Positions 32,284 to 64,000 of a stretch of 64,000 nt of DNA are shown here, piece after piece; positions within the stretch are counted from its first letter, which is position 1; each line of letters opens with the position of its first letter. A model generated the notes under the pieces. It worked only from the letters and a program-made list of their open reading frames with translations, did not search any database and was not told the origin of the DNA. The stretch is from NCBI GenBank assembly GCA_051294375.1, contig CM119264.1, positions 6,485,238 to 6,549,237 of the forward strand, in the 5' to 3' direction. The position numbers and the translations under genes are program-made. This stretch comes from Paraspadella gotoi (lineage: Eukaryota; Animalia; Chaetognatha).

Positions 32284-33943
32284 TCACAGAATTTTCTCCA
32301 TAAAAGTCGTGTCCATGTGAAGGATGAGAGTTCGAACGAACAGCATCTCTCGACGAGCGTTTTGAAAGATGGTCTTGGGGTCTTCGGAATCACTCTGCGA
32401 AGGTGAGTAGTGAGAAAGGAATACGATGTTAAGTTAACTAGGTTCATCAAGTCAATTATGTTAATCAAGTTTGTCAATTTAATCAACTTCATTCACTTTC
32501 GGTCGTTCAGAGTTATTCTTTTGTACAATGATTACATAGTTCGTACACCTATGTACGATATTCACTGTTAAAGTAGATTGCGTGCTCTCGAGCTTTTAGC
32601 AGATCCAGAAGCTGCCGCGTTTACCTTGAGTATGTTCGGTGCCATCACCATGGAGATGTTGTCAACATCCATCGTTGTTTTGATGACATTTTCCGGAGCC
32701 GCTAAAACCTTTGGAAAGTAAGTTTTATAATTAGATTTATTATTAAGACGAAAGTGAAATAATCGCGGATAAGAAAGTTGCAGAGTTGATGCTTTTGAGC
32801 GAGCTTGCCTTCATTTTTTTTTATTGCTGGACAAACGAAAACATATGACAGAATTTCGTTTTTCTAAATTTTTGTTCTAAAAGATCTGCTACGTAGTTAA
32901 TTTTTTAAACATACTTCATTAATAATAAAATAAAAATGTACTCGCACTCTCACAAAAAAGCATAAACGGTGATAATTCCTGTAGTGTAGTTAGAAAGATT
33001 TAATTTACTTTTTTCAAATATATTGAAACTCACTTGCAGAAATCGAATCAAATAACTAAGGACGAGTTTGTTTAGCGGCGGCAGCTCTTTGATCACTTGA
33101 ACGGCGGCCTCGGGGTCTTCAGCCGCTTTGATGCTTTGGCTGCAAAAGAAAATTACCAATGGCCTGTACTCATATATTAAGTATATCTTAATACATTTTT
33201 CGTACAACTTTAATCAAAATGAATTTTGCTTCCGAATTTTTTTGCCGCCAACCGTTTGTAATTTGTTTTATAACTTTTTATTTTTTACTAATTAGTACAT
33301 TTGTTTTACAAAATCTTTGAGTTAGTCAAAACCGAAGAAAAAAATATGTGTGTACTAATTTCATATTAGTAATAATACAGTACCCTAATAATTTTATTCT
33401 AGTTTCTTACTTTTTCTCTTGAAACATTTATAACACATTTCCCAACGCTGTACCTGTAGCTTCTTGGTGGCACTAGCGGTTCCGCGAGCTCCCTGTACCA
33501 CAGTTTGAGTAGCGTGGCGACGACGTGAGCGTCCGCTTCCAGTGGCGGCGGCTCGAAACATTCGCTCATCGCCTTGATGTGATTCACTTTGGAAATGTCA
33601 CCCGGAATTCTGAAAATTGATCGGTTTAGGGTCAGACGGGAGTTATTGGCTCGATAAATGACGTCAGCAGAGTCAAACATTTGAGACGGTCGGACCGAAT
33701 GGACAGAAAAAGAGAGAGATAATAACAACAACCTGTCGTCAACACATCAGGATCAGCAAGCTCCCAACTCGCCAACCTGAAAATGCCTTCGGTAGAGGCG
33801 CCGTTCCGTTGCAGCAGGGCTTCCGTCAGCGTCGTCTGCAGCCACGGCAGCCGTCGGTCAGGGAATCGGTCCGCCTGCAGCAGCATCACGCCTTCAAGGG
33901 TGTTGCCGAACATCGAGGAAGGGTTGTAGGGTCCGCCGGCGTT
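32284..33943 (-). CDS. ARHGAP39: ARHGAP39/Vilse-type RhoGAP domain, 5 exons
   Basis: Exons 33943-33777 (SSMFGNTLEGVMLLQADRFPDRRLPWLQTTL...TEGIFR), 33609-33454 (IPGDI...HVVATLLKLWYRELAEPLVP), 33139-33034 (PEAAVQVIKELPPLNKLVLSYLIRFLQ), 32708-32625 (TTMDVDNISMVMAPNILK), 32394-32284 (SDSEDPKTIFQNARREMLFVRTLILHMDTTFMEKIL*). All phases match; arginine finger intact. Confidence 0.92.
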
Positions 33944-34065
33944 CTGAGGGTTGGGGGTAGAAGAGAAAAAGAAAAGAAAAGATGATTTTGGGAAGAAACT
34001 GTGAAGTAAAGTGAATATTTCGGTAAATTCTAGAAGAAATAGTAAAATTAAATACTCTGTAACTT

Positions 34066-34104
<39 letters not shown>

Positions 34105-34437
34105 TTCTTTCTCTCTCTCTACAACAAATAGAAGCGATCCCTAAAGATTGAGTGGCGAGTGAGCGTTTCCAAGTTTTCGACTCCATGACTTTTGATTTCG
34201 TGAAGAAAGTTTTGAGATGACATCTCGTCAACTTTTGAGTTGCGCCGTCATTTCTGAGAAAACAATCTTCCTAAGAAGATAAGTTCGCTCAGATGGAGAG
34301 AGATAGCGAGAGGAAAAAGTAAGCAAGCAATTTCAATTTTAACTTTTTTTAAAAAAATTCCTTCCTTGATTGTACGAGAGAAAAAAATAGAATTTGCTCT
34401 CAAGAGGCTTTGTTGTTTTTCTATTTTTCTTCTTCTT

Positions 34438-34548
<111 letters not shown>

Positions 34549-35548
34549 TCTCTCTCTCTCTCTGCATTTTACTGCCTCTTTGTTTTGATATTTTTTTTCT
34601 CCCCAGATGAAGTCTCCGATTCTCCATTCCGAGACTTTCCAGATTTTCTCAATTGCGTTTGTTTCGCTCAAGAAAGACCCAAACGAATTGCATCAACTTT
34701 GTTACGATTCTTTTCCGTTACATTATATTACAAATTGTTTACATTTGTTTGAGTTCGCACGTTGTATACATTCTTTATTACTCTCTTTATTGCATTTTTT
34801 ATTACTTTCTCTCCGTGACCTTTATTACGCCAAAACGCGACCTCCCACGACATCACAAGGAAATAACGGAGGAGAGGAGCGGAGAAGGCTATTTTTGGAT
34901 GAGGCGACTTGTCTCTGTCTCAGTCTTGTTCGCTATCGTCGGTCGGTCGGTCTCTCGGTCACCCCTCCAAGCACAAATACTCAAGAATTTCTTCCTCCAA
35001 AATTTCTTAGTATTTTATTGAATGTTTTTTAGGTTTTTAATTTTTATGTCAATTGTATATTTATTGTGATCATTTGAAAGAGAGAGATAAAGAGAGACAG
35101 AAAGAGAAATTGAGAGAAAGAGAGACAGATAAAGAAAAAACAAAGGCCAGAGAGACCGAGATAGAGTTAACGTACATAATGATAATGTTAATTGAGTTTT
35201 CAAAAAGCAACGAAGTTTCTCTGTTTGGAAATAACGCCCCTTTTTCTTTGTCTATTTTGACAAAAAAGGCACATTTAATCAAGAAGACGTTTTTTACTGA
35301 TAAAAGAATTGGATAGAAAATGAAGGAGAGAAATTGGTAACTGAAAATAGAGATGGCGACAACAACAACAACATTTTTTAAATCTCTAATAGGTGGCGGG
35401 AGTTTGAGAAACCTCATCCACGCATGACAGCACTGAAGCCCGGTGAAAGCATTGCTCATTGCTCAGTGAAACGACACCCCGTGTTTGAAATGAGGCAGGT
35501 TTAAAAATAAAAAGGAAACGTTGTGTAAAATTAACATGTAGAATTAAC

Positions 35549-35661
35549 CGGAGGATGCTTTGAAAGCAGCAACTTCTTAGCCCCAATAAAGCCAAGTTTT
35601 GCGAAAAAAAAGCGGAGTCCCCAGGGAACTCGGTTGAAAAGCTCAGACCGCTCTGGGCTGG
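35549..35661 (-). CDS. Probable upstream RhoGAP-gene exon, MyTH4-end-like (FFFAKLGFIGAKKLLLSKHPP)
   Basis: Phase-0 donor fits the 33943 acceptor; GAKK resembles the ARHGAP39 segment preceding the RhoGAP domain. Confidence 0.4.
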
Positions 35662-36464
35662 CTTAAAAACGAGATGGCTATTTCCACGACTTCGGGGTTT
35701 CTTCCCTTTTTTTTTTTCATTTGCTTTTCTCGCGAAGAAGTTGGTTGCCAGAGACAGATTAGTTTTCTGCTTATTGGAATAGAATAGAGGGAAAAACCAG
35801 TCGGCGGGAAAAAAAAAGAACCGAAAAAGAAAATATTTTTTTTTTTTTGGTTGTTTAGTTTCTTTGGTTTTTCTCTAGTGACAAGCTCATTTGTATAAAT
35901 GAAACTTTGCTTAACAAATTGTCAATCCAAGACGTCGACGGAGGCACACGATTTTATAAATAGTTTTAAACTTCGAACAGAACTTTGAACACGTTTTATG
36001 CTATTTTCGACATTTTTAAGCAGCAATCTGTTTTCATAATAATGTTTTTACCATTTTTTTTGGTTGCGAGAGTTATTAAAATGCTTTCTACTTTAATGTT
36101 TATCTGTATTTTAACCATCATTCTCAACTTTATCTTAATTTACAATTCCAAAAGCCATTTTTACCCCAATTGACTGATTCGCATAAATTCATTTTTATTA
36201 AACTCATATTTCCAGTCCGATTACGAAAACATTCTCTAACCCGCGAAACTTGGCGACTTGACGACATGCCGTCATGTACTTAAATACCGACTTGCCGACA
36301 TGCCGACATACCGACTTGCCGACTTCCCCGATTCGAGATCGACAAAATCCCCGAGGTTGTCTCGCTTCCAAGACGCCGCCAGTCGACGCCTCATAAAATA
36401 TGCACTCGGGAATTTATTCAAGCCTCATGAAATTGCGAACGGCGCCCAGAGCGAGTCGGGGGAC

Positions 36465-36525
<61 letters not shown>

Positions 36526-37271
36526 GTTCAAAATATGCGGAGATAATAAATAACATTGGCGGGAGAAAATACATACAAGCACGAGTTTAAACGAGCTCGA
36601 TGACAAGATTTCTTGACAACAAGCAACGCAGGGGGCTTTTGTGTATATTTGCTTTCTTTTTGAACGAATTTTCTGAATAGCGCCGAGTCTTTATTCCACT
36701 TTAAATACAGTATTCATTTTTTAAGTTAACAGACGAAAACTTTCGTGTTCGCAGCCACGAATAAAAGAAGAAAGGGAGCAAAAAAAAGGAAAAAGAAATA
36801 CAAAAAAAAAGTTGAAAGAAATAAGCCGTGACCCGTAAAATTCCGATTTGTGAAATATTTCATGACGTCGTCGTTTTTTTTTAGTGTGTGTTTTTTTTAA
36901 ACGCCGACGACAACCAGATGACGACAAAACCAAAACTGATTCTGGGACTGCCTTCCCTTGTCGACACCAACCAGGTTACGACTCAATCCAGAATCTCTTA
37001 GTCGGACTGACAAGACCCAAGCCAGTCCTGTTTCGTTCCACTCTTAACTCTACCTAAGTTCCAACATTTCATGAAATTGGTACAACCAATATAACAATTA
37101 TCCATTCATTTAATAGATAAGCTATCTTGCCCCTGACTTTGCACAATGGACAGGCTTTGGTGATTTAAAACCTCCATCACTCTTACAAGATAATGACATC
37201 GCAGGTCCCTGCAAGCTTTCAAAGAATAGATCAGCAATCAGCACCAAACGTCAAGTTTAAATCCTGTGATC

Positions 37272-37361
<90 letters not shown>

Positions 37362-37861
37362 TTTCCCGTTATTAGTAACTACGTGATTGCGTTCCTTATC
37401 AAGAAAGTAAAAGGAAGACTACAACATTATAAAATAACAACTAGGAAAACCAAAATATCATCAGGAAAGAGAAAACCCCCAGCATTGATGGAGATATATT
37501 CACAGCTAGCACCTTCGTGACCGAAAAATAAACATGACCCTAACTGAATGACTGAGAAAAACAACATTATCATCACAAGTTCATTGAAAGAATAACAACC
37601 AACAATGATAAAGTCAAACTTTTTTCTTTCAAAGTATTCATTTTCTTTTTCCTTTTTTATTCCTCTGCCTTTCTCTTTTTCCTTCCATTTCCCTTTTGTT
37701 CCACATTTTTTTTCTCCCTCCGCCGCGGGCGCTGAGTTTCCTTTCAATTTTCATCTTTGTTTTTCTTTTATTTATTCTATTTTTTCTCGCGGGCTTTGAT
37801 TCCAGTCACCTTTTGCTCTCCCGATCGCTTTTCCTCTTTTTCGTCCTCCTTCAGTTCCCAC

Positions 37862-37945
<84 letters not shown>

Positions 37946-38360
37946 TAGTCGATTTACGTTCTTCCTCCTGCACCTTCTTCTATTTTGCCGCTCGATTTGT
38001 CGCTTCAGTCGTTCTTCTCGCAGTTGTTTTTCTTGTCGTCGTCGTCCCATTTTTTCGTTTTTGTTTTTTTCGTTTTTTTTTATTTTGTTTTTTTCGTTTG
38101 AAACTTTTTAGTTCGATGTCATCGTCATCATTGATTTTTTTCTCTTGTCAAATTCGTTTTGATTCTATTTTTCTCGTTAAATATTTTTGAATATTTGTCA
38201 TTGCATTGTTCCTGTTTGACAGTTTGACTAGTATTTTGTCTATGTTCCACTTTTTTTTTAAATAAAGAAGTTTAGATAATTTGGGTTGGAAGTGAATGTG
38301 GCCGGTAAATTGTGAACCCGCGAATTTCTTTGAAGAATAAACCTTTTGTTTGTGTGAAAG

Positions 38361-38536
38361 CTACCGCTGCTACGCGTAACGACGAGGATGCTAACGGCGA
38401 CCACGATACCGATGTCGAACGGTGGAAACGTCTTTACTACATCGCATCGCAGAAAATGGACCAGAAGACGGAACTGATAGATCAAATGCGGAAGAGGATG
38501 ATATCGACACAGACGAACGACAGAGAACAGCTGTAG
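38361..38536 (+). CDS. Terminal exon of an unidentified + strand gene (short coiled-coil-like); possible upstream exons ~34860-34940, 35393-35442, 36918-36974
   Basis: gaaag| acceptor then TAATRNDEDANGDHDTDVERWKRLYYIASQKMDQKTELIDQMRKRMISTQTNDREQL*; upstream pieces are phase-compatible. Confidence 0.35.
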
Positions 38537-39268
38537 AGGGCAACGGCGAACAACGGCGGCGCACGGCAGCGCAGAGCAGCGGCGACAAAGACGTAATTCG
38601 AGACTAACCACTTTCGCCCTCCCTCCTTCCTTTTAATCGACAGAGCATCCATCTTGATTCCATCTTGATTCCATCTTGATACTGCGTCTCTCGTCGCCGA
38701 TTTTCTTTGCTCGGATCTCCCGTCTCGAGCCAAGACCTTTTCCACCTTTCTCCTTCCTTTCCACACTGCCGACGTCACCAAGCAGCTTTCCAGGTCCTCT
38801 TTCTTTTTTTTTTTTTACGTAGCCAGTCTTTGAGGTCATCCACTCAGTTGTCCTTTCGCTCGGTCGCTCACTTTGTCTATCACTAAATCAACACATTTTG
38901 ATTTCCTCCTGCCACAGTCCCAACATTTCCACCCCTTCTCTTTATCGCCCATCGAAAAGGATTCCTTGGTTTCATCACTTGGTCTCATCTAATCTTTCCT
39001 CACCTTTATTTTTTCCTTTTTTTTTAATTCTCTGTTTTTTTTTTCCATTTCTTCTTTCCATTGGACGACTCCCAGTCTTCTCGACTTGCCACCTCCTTGC
39101 CCCCCCACCCCGCCTTTTCCCGCTGTCGCCCTAATTTCCTTTGTCTTCCGAAGACAGTGAAACGCGACCGCTGACGGCGCCGAAGTGAAACGCGACCACC
39201 GACGGCGCAGAGGCATAAATCAATCGCGAAGATATCGCCGCGTCCCTAATTGACTGAGAAGAAAGAGA

Positions 39269-39306
<38 letters not shown>

Positions 39307-39634
39307 TGGTGATGGTGATGGAGATATTTCATTTTTTATGTATGAGGGAAGGACTTGTCGTTTTCATAAAAGAAATTAAGTTTATTCTAGTAAATTTCAG
39401 TACAGGATTTCACATTTAGTAAATTTAACATTAACATTTTCAAAGCGTGTTTTTGGTTAGCTTTTAATTTTAGGCAATTTTCCATTTGGGTTTATTCATA
39501 TGCCCAGCAAATCAAAACCAAGAGATGCCTGGCCGCCTGTCGTCGTTGCTCTGTTTCTTCCAGAGGCTATTAAGAAATCCCCAGACATCTCGCCGGCATC
39601 TCTCGACGATCCACTCCAAAATCCTCCTCTCGAA

Positions 39635-63061
<23,427 letters not shown>

Positions 63062-63399
63062 ATGCGAGAGTATATTGAGGTAGTTGATTGGGCGAAATTT
63101 TTTTGGGGGAAAGGACACGGAAGAGTTACAACTTCGATTTATATAGTGTTATATAGGATTATATAATATTTACTGAAATTTTAAAAAAAATAAATAAAAA
63201 AGAGTAATTTCCTGATTAAATGAATATTTTTTCTCCTTCGTTCAGGAAGAAAAACAGAGGGAAGAAACACATGTTGTTATGAGACTGAATGTTATGCTCG
63301 TATAAATATTCCAAATCCCGTGAGACGGTGGCGAAAAAAAAAACTGTTTGATGTGATGGATAGATGAAGAAATGATGAAAAGAAGAAAAGTTGCGATGG

Positions 63400-63430
<31 letters not shown>

Positions 63431-64000
63431 NNNNNNNNNNNNNNNNNNNNNNNNNNNNNNNNNNNNNNNNNNNNNNNNNNNNNNNNNNNNNNNNNNNNNN
63501 NNNNNNNNNNNNNNNNNNNNNNNNNNNNNNNNNNNNNNNNNNNNNNNNNNNNNNNNNNNNNNNNNNNNNNNNNNNNNNNNNNNNNNNNNNNNNNNNNNNN
63601 NNNNNNNNNNNNNNNNNNNNNNNNNNNNNNNNNNNGATGTATGGATGGATGGATGGATGGATAGATCAATGGATGGATGGATGTATAGACGTATGGATAG
63701 ATTGATGGATGTATGGATGGACGGATGAATGGATGGATGAACGAAAGTATAGGTAGACGGAAAGAAAGAAAGCTGACGAAATATAATTAAAATTGAATTA
63801 AGCTACTTTACACTTACAAATTAACATTATCAATATTATCAATATTATATAATCAAGACTGTTACATTTTACGTACATTCTTATTTAACCGCAGAAGGGC
63901 TAAATATTTATCGTAATTCCCAAATGCAACTCATCATTTCGATCGTCAATAAGTCGTTGGAAAACAGAGAAGCGACACATCTTTGAGAATGAAGACGAAA

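Overview
This is eukaryotic, probably invertebrate animal, draft genomic DNA. It has many N-gaps, dense microsatellites ((AG)n, (AAAG)n, (ACG)n, (ATT)n) and long-read-style indel errors, so most ORFs in the supplied track are artefacts. Manual splicing gives four main genes: a minus-strand Ig-superfamily-like gene with a signal-peptide exon (~2.8-14.8 kb, poorly resolved); a synaptotagmin-15-like gene (+, ~23.6-30.15 kb) with a probable antisense membrane-protein gene nested in one intron; an ARHGAP39/Vilse-type RhoGAP (-, ~32.3-35.7 kb); and a very long minus-strand gene (~39.6-63.06 kb). The long gene starts with a SPATA6-type N-terminal domain and continues through duplicated Cys-rich modules, a GKK/SPK basic repeat exon and Pro- and Ser-rich segments. 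A small secreted-peptide candidate lies at ~19.7-20.1 kb. The most notable non-coding find is a ribozyme cassette in one intron of the long gene: two minimal hammerhead ribozyme motifs (- strand) flank a 247-bp element with TGTGGC...GCCATA ends, a 4-bp target-site duplication and a twister-ribozyme-like fold on the + strand. A second, diverged copy of that element with compensatory base changes lies at ~12.9-13.1 kb. An ~86-bp tandem array (59.6-61.25 kb) amplifies an exon 3' end plus its splice donor. All homology calls are from recalled family sequences, not database searches.
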